Shown here piece by piece: positions 35,836-47,893 of a DNA stretch of 64,000 nucleotides. The translations under genes were made by a program, and so were the position numbers. The DNA comes from Mayamaea pseudoterrestris (Eukaryota), in assembly GCA_027923505.1 (NCBI GenBank), contig BROI01000001.1, positions 1,178,001 through 1,242,000 of the forward strand, written 5' to 3'. Positions within the stretch are counted from its first letter, which is position 1. Each line of letters opens with the position of its first letter. A model generated the notes under the pieces. It was not told the origin of the DNA. It worked only from the letters and a program-made list of their open reading frames with translations, and did not search any database.

Positions 35836-37203
35836 TTAATCGGTTCGCAGTGCTGGTGAGCTACGCGTCTCCAGTGGCTTGAAGCGTTTGGCTGGCGGTC
35901 CAAGGCAAAAATTGTCGGTATCGAGCAGTCCAAAGACGCCATCGACGATGCTGGCACATTGCTCTGGCGAAAGATTCGACGTCACAACTTGATCCTCGTC
36001 GTCGTCCGAAACGACGACCCAAGACGAGTCGTCGTAATATACAGAATAGTCATGTCGCGCGCCGGCGGTTGCGTTGGGCGGCAGCTTTGGCACGTCCATG
36101 TCAACGGCTGCTTGACTGAGCATATCCAATCCGCTGACAGGCGACTGGTGCGTCTCAGTCGCTGCCGTCTTGGAGGGAGGAGGCGGCATCATCAAGTAGC
36201 TTGAGCTACGCGACACCTTGCTAAGCTTGCTTGGAATGATGATGGAACTAGTCTTGGCAAAATCAGCAACAGCCGCCACGACGAGAGAGGCTTGGTCAAT
36301 CATTTGCAGCAACAGTTGCTGCGTATCGAGTTCAATCGTCATGGTCAACAAGTCTTCACATGCAGCTGGAGTTAGAGAGAAAGCAACAAGACAGACATGA
36401 GTGGACATGTAGGAATGCAGGCATGCCTAGTAATTAACTACCGTGGAAGTGCTCGCTCTGTAAAGTGCAGGTAGCTGAACCACCGCATCCAACGTACCTT
36501 GAACATGACCTGGAACATTGAGTTCGACTTTTAAAGTGCGGAGCTCTCCGCGAGCATGCCCAAACAAAACATTAAGACCAACTTGCAGAGATACTCCATA
36601 CTTGACTTGTTCCGTGAAATTGTGCGCCAACTCGACTCTGTGCAGATAAAAACGAAGTTTCGAATCGGCATGCACTCCTTCCATTTGCCGGCCAGTCTCG
36701 AGCAGCATGACCAAAGCTTGTTCCGTCTCCATCGCAGCTGCAGGTGAGGGCTGAACCGGAGATGTCGCTCGAGCCATAAAACTCGCATACGCTCGAACGC
36801 GGCAGTCGATCAAAACGTAAAATGATTGTAGAATATTCTGCAGCAGCACTTGAGGTACTATATCAAGCGATGATACTCGAGTGACTGCAGTTGAAACAGC
36901 AGATGACTCCAAGCTGCAGCATTCTTCCGTTGAAAAGAGCATGGCTCTCTGAAGCAATCTGGCCGCAAACTGTTCAGCTTCCTTGCGGTCTTGCTGCTTT
37001 GTTCCATGACAAGTCTCGTCATTGGCTGGATGCAGCAATGAGAGAGCTGGACAAATGACTGTCGAATAAACTACTCCGCTTTCCATCTCCTTCGCATTGG
37101 GCAATGTCAAACTGACACCTCTGCTCGCTGGAGTTTGCAGCAGTCTAAAAGCTTGCTTCAAGCGCATCATGATGCTCCTACTGCTAAATTCGGTATTCTC
37201 CAT
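35836..37203 (-). CDS. Hypothetical protein (~411 aa; exons 37203-36498, 36365-35836)
   Basis: A GTACGT..CAG 132-bp intron joins two long ORFs in frame (GHVQ-AACEDLL). Motifs LDIVPQVLLQNILQSFYVLIDCRVRAY and GLDMLSQAA. Confidence 0.7.
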
Positions 37204-38174
37204 CGCACTTCCCGTACTGGTAGTGAATGATGTTCCTGATGCTAGAACGACCACTGTTCAGCTTGCTAACCTTTTGCTTGCCTCTTGCAAACACCGCCAG
37301 CAAACAGAACCTCAAAGACTCCGCGAGAAAATGGAGAGGCGTGATCTCCTTTGCCTCCGCATATGAAGGCTAGTGACACCCTTGGCATTTGGTGCAATGA
37401 CTTGATTGCATCTGCCCCTGACGTTCATGGCGCTCCTGGTGCACGTCAAGAGTCATCTTCGTTTATCATTGGATCATGCAAGGTTCAAAGGAAGGGCAAT
37501 ACGACCCGCCATTGCACACAATTTCTGCTCATGACTAAGAAAGATCGATATCATTGGTTGCAATAGTTTAGCCGCGAAACACCTGCCGTGTGAACCGACG
37601 CGCGTGACAGATGCCTTGCAGATGGTTCGGACGCTTCCAAGTTCGGCACGCCCAGGTTCAACAACGGAAGCAAACTACCACGGTGATTGTGACGGATTGC
37701 AGACGATGAATGATCATTAGGGAGTAAACATTCCTCTGCACTTTCTGGACCAGAGGAAGTGTCTTGAACCTGTACTGTACTTGTACCGCGAAATGGTTAC
37801 AAGCACCCGATAGACGCGCTTACTTCAACGAGCGCATGGTATGCGAGCAACATGGGCGGTATTGCTGTCAGCCGTCGATGCGACGTTCCCTTTATCCGCC
37901 GTCGTCCTCCGCTTTGACCAAATGCGGCGACGAGTTGCTATAAACAGTTTCCTCCTAACAAACTCATAGCTCAACATATTTGCATTGCATGTCATATTGC
38001 TTCAAGGTTGAGCTGTCAACCAGCCCCGAATCATCTTGGATGGGAATTATCCCGTCGCTTGGCGATGAGTGTCAACAATGAAGTGATACGCAGAATTTTA
38101 GTACGTACTCGATAAAATGGAATCTCCAAATCTCTCAGTAATCTATTGAATAACTTTATAACTCTTGGTAATTA

Positions 38175-41100
38175 TCACCGTCGGCTACTTCTAAATCGAC
38201 TCTGCTCGTCATCCAGTTGCCGTTCCAATTTATGTACTCGGCGCTTGAGCGTCGCAACTTCGACCGCTGTGTTCGCTTCAACAAGAGGTATACTTTCCTC
38301 CAAAAGAGGCCGGTCGCCTAATAATCGCTCCAGTTCATCAATGCGTTGCTGCAACAAGATCATTTCGTCATCGTCAGTCAAAATATATTGCTCTTTAGTT
38401 GCCTCTGCCAGCTTCCGCTTTAACTGCTCAAGCTCCGCATTCTTGCGGTCCACGGTCTTTTTTGCGCTTAAAGCAATGTAGGCAGCAATCTCAACAGCTC
38501 GCGACAAAAAGTCGCCATGACTATTAGCAAGTGATCGCTCGTCTTCAATCAATTCCTTTCGTTTCGGTCGTTCAAGACGACCTAACGGTGTACAGAATGG
38601 TTGCTGCTCGCTGTCGACCAGATATTCCTTGTCAGCTGTATGAGTGAACCGAGTTTTTTGATCACTGTGACGTTCATTCTCCAACTCTAAGTAGCGCTGG
38701 CGTTGATCCTTCTCGAGACGTCGTTTTCGTTCTTCTGCTCGATTTTTGTCAAGTATGCGACGGTGCGAGTCAAGAGCATGGACAGACTCTTTAAGATCAA
38801 TATTCTCGTCCAATACAGAACGGTACGCAACTTGCGTTCTTGTAAGCTCGCTCTGTACTTCCGCCATTTTCACCATCGTCGCGTCGAGCTTGCTGCGCAC
38901 CTTTTGAAGTTCAGACCGCAGCTGCTCCGTGGTCGCTTGTAATGTTTTGTTATCTGACAGCGAAGCTTCAAGCATGGCAACTGCGTCGGTGCGCTGTTGA
39001 GCAACTCTTTGTACTTTAGTGCGAGTTTCGATCTGGAATTGCGCGATCGCTTCCTTCATGGAGAGTATTTGTGCCTCACCTTGCTCCTTCTCACCTAGTA
39101 ATGTCTTGAGAGACGATGACAGTTCCTTAACATCTCCAATTCGAAGCATTAAATTGTCTCGCGTCTGCTCTAGTTCGGACGACAAAGCATCTTTGTTCGC
39201 AATCTCAATTTGAAGGTCGTCTTCGACTGCAGCGCACCGGTCTTCCATGTCGTCAAGCTTTTGGCGAAGACTCAAAATCTCTTGATTGAGGACACCAGCG
39301 GCCGCCTGCTGCGACTGGCGAACAGAAGACAATTCCTCTTGAAGACAATCGCATTGTAGGCGTAGGCGACTAATCTCCGTTCCGGCAGCCGTCACTCGCT
39401 CCTGCATCGTCTCCTTCGTTGTGTCCAAAGCTTCCTTCAAAATATCGTTTTCGCGATCAAGTGCCGCCTTGCTTTCGTGCAGCTGTGCTAAATCCTGGCG
39501 AACTAAATCAAACTGTTTAAGATCCTCCTTTAAGCTACTAATTTCCTCTTCCATTTCTGCCTTTGCAGAAGCATACTGCACTCCATGCTGAACGAGGTTA
39601 TGCAAGTCTGCCCGAACAGCAGCTAGCACTGCAACAAGCTCTTCATTTTGTTTAGACCGTACGTCAAGTTCATTTTGAAGATCATTTTTAGTTTTCTCGA
39701 GTTCGATGGAGCTAGCAGCTTGGGCTTCAAGGTCATCCTCTAATAGCGACGCCCTCCGCTCCAGGTCTGCGAGTACACCCTCCGCTTCTTCGGCAATCTT
39801 GATCGCTTCCAAACGGTCAGCCTCTGATTTGGACAGTGACAATCGAAGTTCGCAAACCTCTTCCTCGACCCTGTGACGCTGTTCGACATCCCTTCTGAGT
39901 ATTTGCTGCTTTTCCAAAGCGGCCATTTCTGCTCGGGTGTGGACGTCCTTTATTTCGCGCAGTTCCTTGTCCTTTTCACGATTCGTTTTCTCCGCAGAGA
40001 CTTGTAGCTCGCGAATGATGTCATCTTTATCGTCAATTATTCTGCGAAGTCGATAAATTGTTTGGTTGGCGTCAATAGCGGCCTTTGCTGCATTCTTTTC
40101 CAATACTTCTATCTCAAGCAACGAACTTGATACCGTCTCTTTTGTGAACTGCTGGGAATCTGTTTGATTCTGCGTTAACCTGACTTTCAGTTGCCCTATT
40201 TCTTCCTCCAGGCGCGAATGGACAAGTCTATGTTCCGACAGTCGCTGTTCATATTCGCGGGTTATCTGTCTTGCGTGATCTCGAGCAAGCTCTCTTTCGG
40301 CAACAATGATTTTGTTATCGACTTTCGCTTGTTTTAGCGAATCATTCAATTCATCAATGTTTGCATTTGATTCATCAAGCTTCGTTTGCTTGAGTTCAAA
40401 ATCTTCCATAGCATCTAGCTGCGTCTTCGAAGCAACGTTGCGAAAGGCTTCCAACTCCGTGGCATCCTCTAAATCTTCTCTTGTGAATTGTGCATTGAAT
40501 AAGGCTAAAATCGTGTCTCGTGCTTCCAGCTCAGCTTGATGTTGGCTCGCGAATTCCGTATCATCGACGTTTCCGAGACCATTCATAACGTGCTTGGTAT
40601 CAAGTTCCATTTTCAAGCAAGTGAGTTTTTGCTTCGAGTCCGTCTGGTAGTCATGGCGCGCCTGCTGTAGCTGCTCAATCGCTTGTTGCGCATCCGTAGT
40701 GGTTCTGCATGCAACCTCGTGATCAGACGTTAAAAGCGCAATATTATCGGCCTGATGCGTTGGGATTTTAATCTCTGGCTCTTCCTTCGTCGCTCGCTCG
40801 CATAGAGTTTCATCGTCTCGACCCTGTAGCTCCCCTCGGTTCATAGCATCATCCATCTGCTCAATGGGAATATCATTTTCCATTCGCTCCATTTTTTTGA
40901 CATGAACAGCTTCCTGAGCCGCAAAAAGCCTTTGGCATTCCGTTGCATTAGTATGTGCCGCTTGTAGAAAAGCAACGAAATGCTCGGATCCACAATCTAG
41001 CTCGGTTCTCGCTGGTGGGGTCTCACTTGTTACCAAAACCATTTCTGCTGTTTGTCTGAGACGGAGATCAGGTGACTTCAAAAGCCGATACTCAACCTGC

Positions 41101-44100
41101 GCGACTGAGTTTTGACTGTAATTGATAGCAAAGTGTAGCTCCGACGCCATTTCTGTTGGCAAACCCAATTCAGTCTCGTCACGGCCATTGTTTTGTCTGA
41201 GTGTCGACTGTCGACTAATAATTTTACCGTTGTATTGTTCGGTTTTATTGTGGCCTCCACGTATTGGTCTTTGATTATCATCTATCGTACGCTCTTTTGC
41301 TACGACGAAATCTCCATTTGCTTGCGGTTGCGATCCCACTAGCCAAGTTGCTGTATCTCCATTGATACCTCCAAGCTGGTCAACCTTCGTGTCATATATA
41401 TCCTGCGCATGGGCGTCCAAGTCTTGCTGTACCCGACGCATCTTTTCGAGAACGTCATCCCGCTCCCAGACCAACTTAACCATAGAAGTTGAATCAATTT
41501 CGCAAGAAACACCTTCTTGTCGCTTTACGGCTTTTCTAGGTTGCCAATCATGCCCGTCAGTGCCTTCTGAATTATCCATTTCAATAGGTACATGCACCTG
41601 CGAGCCTATGTTGTCTTGCCAAGTGGCCGCCTGGTCCATGCTGGTTCGAATCCAATTCTTCTCTGCTTCAAGCTGCTCCACCTCATGCCAGTCGTGCTCC
41701 ATCACTTGCTGGACGTCATCCTCGGCGGGCGGCAGCCAACCGAAAGAGTCCGACATCAATTGGTCAAGTGCTTGCCGACGATCGTGATCGGCAGTACTAT
41801 TTATAGAACGCCATTGCTCTTCCCTACTTATTGCTGAATCATTTTGTAGTCGGGCATGTGCCAACTTCTCCAATTCGACGACTCGTTGCTGGCTAATCTC
41901 GTCAACGACAACCAAAGGCTTATTTTGACGATTGTTGTGTCGGACTTGCGACTCATGCTCCAAGTCATCCATTTCCTTCGTATATGAGCGCTCTGTTGCA
42001 GGCTCCAAATGTTGTTTGTTTGACTGTCGACCGCCGCGCCCAAATAATTCATAGGACAAGTCCTTCATGGCGGTTTCGTCCGGATCAACCGTGCCCATAT
42101 CTCCCCAGTCCAAAAGAAACGAGTCAGTCAAGTCGTTGCTAGCCTCGGCAATTTGCTCTCCTCGCGACACAGGGTGGACTGATTTCATAATCAACGGAGA
42201 CTGATCATCACCCATAGCGCTCACTTCCATTATAGAATCGAGTGCATTATCAAGCTGGGAAAAGGTGTAGCCCGTATCTGCCGTCAATGGGCTTGGCTCG
42301 TCCTGTATAAAACCTTCTCGTCCTTCTTCCATGGCATCCAGTGAGAACGTCGAGTCGATTGCATGCTCTATATGATTAAATTTGGTTGATGCCACGGGTG
42401 AGCCAAAATATTGATCAGTTGACAAAATTTTGCAATTGCGGACAAGTGGAGTGGGTAATGCGTGCGACGATAGCGGACTGAAACCATGCTCATCATTACC
42501 ACTCCTGTCATCGTCTCCCATATCGAACTCATACGAGGTTGGCACATGCGTGTTGGCCGTCCCCGAAAACTCGTCGTCCATCTTCTTCTTGCCTGGTTTT
42601 AAAAGCTTGGCGAGGCGCTGTCTTGGGTCGGCGATCATGTTTTGCAGCAAGGTGGACTGTTCGGCGTAATGAGTCAAATGGTCCAGTCCAGTCGAGGAGA
42701 CATCAGACTCGTCATCCGTACCGTCTAGATGGGAAAGTTCGAGCGAACTGTTAAAATCCGCTCCAATGTCCGCCCTATCGCTCTGATTCGCAGATGCTGT
42801 AGTCTTTATCGCCAAGACACCAATATGCTTCCCTCGCTTGCTTCCGTCAACGTCCAAGAGCAACGGGCTTTGGAGCATGCCAGTCGGAAACAAAAGTCGA
42901 CTCGTATAGCGGCAGGTCGCCAATGTCTCCTCATAGTACCGGGCCCATGGACTGATATTTGCCAAAACTACCACGCGGCCGTCAGCATGTTCCATCGATC
43001 GTTGCAGCACTTGCGTCAGCATCGAGTCACGAAAGTTCGCCACCATCGTAGAATCATTACCAGCCTCCTTCAGTAGTGTGCCACGAAGGACGCTGCCAAG
43101 CACAGTAACAGATTGACGGACAAATGCAGTGTGTCGAGTCATAATTGTCCTATCTGCGCCGTTGCGGTTGGTCGATACCGGCTGAGCCAGCTGCAAAAAG
43201 TTCACCACAGTGCACTTGTTATTGTTGAAAATCTTTCGTCGTTGTTGGTCTGTATATGAAGACTCGCCATCACCTTCCAAGGCAGCAGTTGGAACATTAG
43301 TGCTACTCCAAATTTTGAGCGTTGCCATGACATGCCCACACGGCGTCGATCGACGCTTGTGATGAGCCGCCGCAAGTGCGCGTCGCACGCACCGACCTAC
43401 TTGCTTGACGTCTGACACCATTACATCATTCAATCCAAGCAGTACAAGCGACGATGAACCTTGCTGTGGTAGTTGAGACGAGTGATGACTAGAAGCTCCG
43501 TGTCGCAGATGGACCTTATTCTTTGTGTCGAATGGTTTTGCCGAAAGCAAATCGAAAAGGTCGTGCTCGTTAATTTCCATTATAGTCATGCTGACCAACA
43601 GTTGTCTATTTTGCGTCAATGATATCAACTTGTCCGCAACCAATCCCAATAATCCATAGTTTTGCACAACTCTCGCTTCATCTTTACCCTTACAAGTCGG
43701 CATGGCCAAGACTTGGGCCACCGTGGCCGAGGCAACCGCTCCAAAGAGTAGGTTGCCAGCAACACTAGTGCCAGTGGAAATAACTGTACGATGCGAAATG
43801 CTTCCTGGTCGAGTGACATCATTTGCTATGGCAGTCGCCAGCGGTTCCAGCGGCGATGCAAGGGAAGAAACGTCGTGGTCATTCTCTCCCGTTCCATGAC
43901 TTGCAGCTACCGCAGTCGTGGTCGGCCAGAGCACATGATGCGTCGTGAATCGTCTCGCCCAATCCTCTGATTGAATATGAGCTACAGTTTGCACTAATTG
44001 CGCAGTCTCCATGGTTACATAATTGGGAATGTGCTTGCCGAAGGCCGTTGGATTGACCAAGATCAAGTCTTGCGGCGAATCAACGGAAGCATGTTTAAAG

Positions 44101-44924
44101 GCGATTGGCAAATTATTGGAATGAAGCAACGAGAATGAGCTTGAGTTCGATGATTTCGTTGAAGTATATTGTTGCTTTGAGTGATGATGCTGATTGCTGT
44201 TTTTGTTTCGAACCATTGGAAAGACGCAAATGCGATTGCCTGCATAGTCGTCGTCATCATCATCATAAAGTTTCGCCTTGTTTGGTATATTGCTGCGTGT
44301 AGTTCCAGTAGTCTCCTTCTTTTCTTCGTCGTCATCGCCATGTGATGTTACATCATCTTCGTCTTCATGTCGAGCCTCAAAGAGCGATTCGCCGGGTGCC
44401 AAGGCAATCCGCAGTACGACGCTCACCTTGCGGCAGTTGGAAAGACTCAAGGACGCTGCATCGCTTGTATTATTATCGCTGCTGCTGTTAAACGGCAATG
44501 ACGCTGCTGATGTCGTCGTCTTCACATCTCGTCTTGCTGGCGATCGAAACGGACTTTGCAATTGCAGTGGAGTCGTTGATGGATCATCTCCCGATGCTGT
44601 TAATGCTGCTGCTCCTGATGGCGACCATGACTCGTCGTGAAAGAAGGGCTGCATGATACGCTCCGGCGTCTGCGGCTGCAAAAACTGATTGTAGCTTGCT
44701 CGTTGAATCGACTCTCCCGCTGCTGCAGTGCTCTCTGCATTGGCCGCCTCCCTGTAACCGTAGCGACGGTCTTCCTCGATGTTATTGCTGTCGCTGTCGT
44801 GCATCAAGTTTTTCTTGCTCGTTTCCATTGATGAGATTGGTATCATTGAATCGACACCCAAAGCTCTTGGGCTGGATGGATTGTCACTCTCGTTCGTGAC
44901 AATATCAGAGCAACAGGTAAACAT
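38175..44924 (-). CDS. Kinesin-like protein with degenerate N-terminal motor domain and long coiled-coil tail (~2250 aa)
   Basis: Kinesin-fold motifs KVSVVLRI, SMTIMEINEHDLFDLL, LLGLNDVMV, FRDSMLTQVLQRSM, VVLANISP..YEETLATCRYTSR. Extensive heptad coiled coil in the C-terminal half. Exact start ATG uncertain (44924/44846/44828). Confidence 0.8.
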   Translation of the reverse strand: MFTCCSDIVTNESDNPSSPRALGVDSMIPISSMETSKKNLMHDSDSNNIEEDRRYGYREAANAESTAAAGESIQRASYNQFLQPQTPERIMQPFFHDESWSPSGAAALTASGDDPSTTPLQLQSPFRSPARRDVKTTTSAASLPFNSSSDNNTSDAASLSLSNCRKVSVVLRIALAPGESLFEARHEDEDDVTSHGDDDEEKKETTGTTRSNIPNKAKLYDDDDDDYAGNRICVFPMVRNKNSNQHHHSKQQYTSTKSSNSSSFSLLHSNNLPIAFKHASVDSPQDLILVNPTAFGKHIPNYVTMETAQLVQTVAHIQSEDWARRFTTHHVLWPTTTAVAASHGTGENDHDVSSLASPLEPLATAIANDVTRPGSISHRTVISTGTSVAGNLLFGAVASATVAQVLAMPTCKGKDEARVVQNYGLLGLVADKLISLTQNRQLLVSMTIMEINEHDLFDLLSAKPFDTKNKVHLRHGASSHHSSQLPQQGSSSLVLLGLNDVMVSDVKQVGRCVRRALAAAHHKRRSTPCGHVMATLKIWSSTNVPTAALEGDGESSYTDQQRRKIFNNNKCTVVNFLQLAQPVSTNRNGADRTIMTRHTAFVRQSVTVLGSVLRGTLLKEAGNDSTMVANFRDSMLTQVLQRSMEHADGRVVVLANISPWARYYEETLATCRYTSRLLFPTGMLQSPLLLDVDGSKRGKHIGVLAIKTTASANQSDRADIGADFNSSLELSHLDGTDDESDVSSTGLDHLTHYAEQSTLLQNMIADPRQRLAKLLKPGKKKMDDEFSGTANTHVPTSYEFDMGDDDRSGNDEHGFSPLSSHALPTPLVRNCKILSTDQYFGSPVASTKFNHIEHAIDSTFSLDAMEEGREGFIQDEPSPLTADTGYTFSQLDNALDSIMEVSAMGDDQSPLIMKSVHPVSRGEQIAEASNDLTDSFLLDWGDMGTVDPDETAMKDLSYELFGRGGRQSNKQHLEPATERSYTKEMDDLEHESQVRHNNRQNKPLVVVDEISQQRVVELEKLAHARLQNDSAISREEQWRSINSTADHDRRQALDQLMSDSFGWLPPAEDDVQQVMEHDWHEVEQLEAEKNWIRTSMDQAATWQDNIGSQVHVPIEMDNSEGTDGHDWQPRKAVKRQEGVSCEIDSTSMVKLVWERDDVLEKMRRVQQDLDAHAQDIYDTKVDQLGGINGDTATWLVGSQPQANGDFVVAKERTIDDNQRPIRGGHNKTEQYNGKIISRQSTLRQNNGRDETELGLPTEMASELHFAINYSQNSVAQVEYRLLKSPDLRLRQTAEMVLVTSETPPARTELDCGSEHFVAFLQAAHTNATECQRLFAAQEAVHVKKMERMENDIPIEQMDDAMNRGELQGRDDETLCERATKEEPEIKIPTHQADNIALLTSDHEVACRTTTDAQQAIEQLQQARHDYQTDSKQKLTCLKMELDTKHVMNGLGNVDDTEFASQHQAELEARDTILALFNAQFTREDLEDATELEAFRNVASKTQLDAMEDFELKQTKLDESNANIDELNDSLKQAKVDNKIIVAERELARDHARQITREYEQRLSEHRLVHSRLEEEIGQLKVRLTQNQTDSQQFTKETVSSSLLEIEVLEKNAAKAAIDANQTIYRLRRIIDDKDDIIRELQVSAEKTNREKDKELREIKDVHTRAEMAALEKQQILRRDVEQRHRVEEEVCELRLSLSKSEADRLEAIKIAEEAEGVLADLERRASLLEDDLEAQAASSIELEKTKNDLQNELDVRSKQNEELVAVLAAVRADLHNLVQHGVQYASAKAEMEEEISSLKEDLKQFDLVRQDLAQLHESKAALDRENDILKEALDTTKETMQERVTAAGTEISRLRLQCDCLQEELSSVRQSQQAAAGVLNQEILSLRQKLDDMEDRCAAVEDDLQIEIANKDALSSELEQTRDNLMLRIGDVKELSSSLKTLLGEKEQGEAQILSMKEAIAQFQIETRTKVQRVAQQRTDAVAMLEASLSDNKTLQATTEQLRSELQKVRSKLDATMVKMAEVQSELTRTQVAYRSVLDENIDLKESVHALDSHRRILDKNRAEERKRRLEKDQRQRYLELENERHSDQKTRFTHTADKEYLVDSEQQPFCTPLGRLERPKRKELIEDERSLANSHGDFLSRAVEIAAYIALSAKKTVDRKNAELEQLKRKLAEATKEQYILTDDDEMILLQQRIDELERLLGDRPLLEESIPLVEANTAVEVATLKRRVHKLERQLDDEQSRFRSSRR

Positions 44925-45347
44925 CTGTCGAATATAGAATGAAAAATGCTCACTGTCGATGCGAAGGCCGACTGGTCGCAAGCTCTCGTCATGGTGGCGC
45001 AGCGTGAACTTTGCAAATGTCGTAACGGTTCCGAAGCACGCGTCTCATTGGAGTTGTACGTCGTAGTACAAGCTTGTACCGGTATATAGGGCTCGGTTTT
45101 GTGTATGAATGACGTCATTGCCAATGTGGGTAGCTATCCAACTATTGCCTGCGGGAGCTACCGGTAGCGGGATCTGTTCACAAGAGACTCTTGGTGCAGC
45201 AGTCGGACGCTATTGGGAAGCTATCCAACAAAATCTGTTGCATAGTGTTGCACACTTACTCACGTTGCAATGGTGTTACACACACACGGATACGTACTTT
45301 TAACTCACTGAGCCTGTTCCAGGTACCAAAAAAGTATTTAAGTCAAA

Positions 45348-45635
45348 TACAAGATAATTTTACTGGCTGGTGTCTCATTGTACTGCAATGTGATTTGTGA
45401 TAACTTGTCACCAGGCTCAGCCTCCAGCTGCCATGCCTTTCAAATGCCCACACCTTGAGCCATGTGAATGACCATTTCAAACTAGAATAGTGCAAACATC
45501 CTTATTTCAGGTGCGCTACAAGATAAGTAAACTGGCTGTTATCTCTGAGGACTGCATTGTGATTGGTGATAACTTTTCACCAGTCTCAGTCAGCAGCTGC
45601 CAAGCCTTATAAATGCCCATACCCAAAGCCATGTG
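45348..45635 (+). repeat. Eroded monomers (~1.7 copies) of the 169-bp satellite C family
   Basis: tacaagat at 45348 and 45517 and aactt.tcacc at 45402 and 45571 (both exactly 169 bp apart). agaatagtgcaaacatccttatttcaggtgcgctacaagat matches the array at 62-64 kb. Confidence 0.85.
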
Positions 45636-46008
45636 TGTTGTGAATAGCAAGTCTTCACGGTGCTCGGACCGACTTAAGGATGAGGATGAGTTAGCTGACG
45701 ATGAGTGGACTGAGGTAACCCGCAAGAAGCCAAAATGGTCCAAAGAAAGCAACAAGGTGCGATTCAACTTGAATTGCAAGAAGAGCTTGCGTCAGTCTAC
45801 AAGCTTACGTGGTTAAGTGCAAACGTCAGCCCGAATGGCTACTTTATGCTCTATATTGAGCGCAACTTGAGGCAAGTTGCAGAAGAGGATACCTCTTGAA
45901 GATGCGAGAGGAGCGATTGTAGTTTGCAGCAGAATAAGATCATAATATCGAGTATCGTTAGCAATTGCAGAGTCTTTATTTGGTATTGTACAACCGTACT
46001 TTCTAACA
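45636..46008 (+). mobile_element. Putative 5' LTR (~373 bp) of a Ty1/copia element
   Basis: Begins TGTTG exactly where the satellite similarity stops and ends ...TTCTAACA 40 bp before the gag ATG. No second copy in the window to confirm it. Confidence 0.55.
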
Positions 46009-46047
46009 CGTTTTAAAACGATCGACTTAGAAAGGATTCAAGACAAG

Positions 46048-47893
46048 ATGCCAAGCACCATGGAAGCCAAGAACCTACGCAAAGTCCCGTGGAACGGGTT
46101 GAAGGAGACGTGGAAGGACTGGAAGCCGCAGATCCTCGCGTTGATTGAAGGGTTGGGAGCGCTCGGTGCGGTGAACAAGGACTTGTCTAAGTTGGCGAAG
46201 CACAAGTTGTTGAGTCCTGATGAGTACCTCATGATGGAAGTTGAGGAGGAGGAGAAGGATTCAAACGGGAGAAGCACTGGGACGAAAACCACTCGCGAAG
46301 CGACTACCCAAGAGTTGCGTCTCCATGAGAAGAACGCCAAGGCTCAAGCTGCTATCGTCAATAGCATTGAGAATCATGCCCTGATGCGTCAAGTTAGCAC
46401 GCAGACTACCGCGTTTGCCATGTGGGAGCTCCTGAAGGAAGAGTTCGAGGCTGGCAACATGATATCGGATCTCCCGCAGCTCCAGAAAGAGTACTCTGAC
46501 TGTGTCCCGGGGAATTACACAACGGCGCATGATTGGTTGGCGGATCTTGAGCTTGCCAACACTTGCTTGGGAGACGTTGACCCCAAGTACATGAACGACG
46601 AAAATCAGAAGAAGTCGACCATCTTCCAGTGTCTCCAGCGCTCGACAGCTTGGGCGCCTTTCTGCTCGGCTCATCGCGGCAACGTTATGAAGGAAACATT
46701 TACCTTGAAGGACTTTAAGGAGTTGATTGTCGAGGAGTGGAAAGTGAGCGGAAACCCAGGCGGCAAGGGAGGCAAGAAAGGCGACGACTTGGCGTTAGCT
46801 ACTTGGCCTGGCAAGCCACCATTGAAACGTTGCTTTAAGTGTAACAAGTTTGGTCATGTCAAGCGCGATTGTCCTGACAAGAAGAAGGATGACAAGGGTG
46901 AGAAGGGCGGCAACGCGAAGAACAATGGTGGTGGTGGCGGCGGCAAAGGAAACGGCGACAAGAAGAAGACAATTACCTGTTTCGTTTGCGGTGAGAAGGG
47001 TCATTACGCTAGCAAGTGCCCGAAGAAGAAGAGCAACAGCAGTCAAGGCAGTCACTCTAATGCGGAAGACTCGGAGGACGAGGATCCTTGGTTGATGGCC
47101 GTCATGGAGGAGCAGTCGATGGAGGTGCCAGTGACGTCAGAGGAATCGTGTGAGCTGCCGACGGAGGTGCATCTGACGTCAGCCCCGTATGGAGAGCCAA
47201 TGGGCGCGCTCGAATGGATTTGCAACCAGCGCTCGACCATGGAGATTGAGGAAGATGATGATGACTGGTCTTTCTTCAATGATAGCGAAGATGGCGATTC
47301 GGTCCCGTGCGACACGAATTGGGACGACAAAAGCAATGAAAGCGGATCATCAATTCCGAGCTTGAATCCTCGCAATCTGAGTGGATATGACAGCGATGAT
47401 TCGAGTGAGATGCCTGTCTTGTTACGCCCGAACGAGAGCATCGATAACAACAATTCACTTACCAATGGATCGCAGGTCGACAAAGAGGAGAAGCACTTGG
47501 TTTTTGCAGTCTCGGATCGCGACGAAGCTTACGACAACAAGTACATGCTGGACTCGGGCAGCGGAACGCACGGAGTCCATTGCGCTGATGCGATGGTGAA
47601 CTTGAGGACTTGCAACCATACCTTGATCATTGCCGATGGAACTCGCTGCGTGGCAACTCAGATGGGAGACTTGCCGCTCGTGACGAAGGATGGTACTCGT
47701 TTTGTGTTGACGGAGGTACCAATCATGGCGCAGTTTCCTCGCAATATTATCAGTTTGAGCAAGCTTTTGGATAAAGGATGCTTCGTCAAGTCGGTTAGCA
47801 AGGAGCGTATTCGAGTCGCTTGGACAACACCGAAGGGAAGGGAGCGTGGAATCAACTTTGAGCGTGACCCCGGCGGTAAACTCTTTTACTTGG
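46048..47893 (+). mobile_element. Ty1/copia gag-protease, truncated by satellite A
   Basis: Copia gag (TTAFAMWELLKEEF), two CCHC knuckles (CFKCNKFGHVKRDC, CFVCGEKGHYASKC), protease YMLDSGSGTH...IADG...GDL...RNIISLSKL. The ORF reads into the satellite at 47894. Confidence 0.92.
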
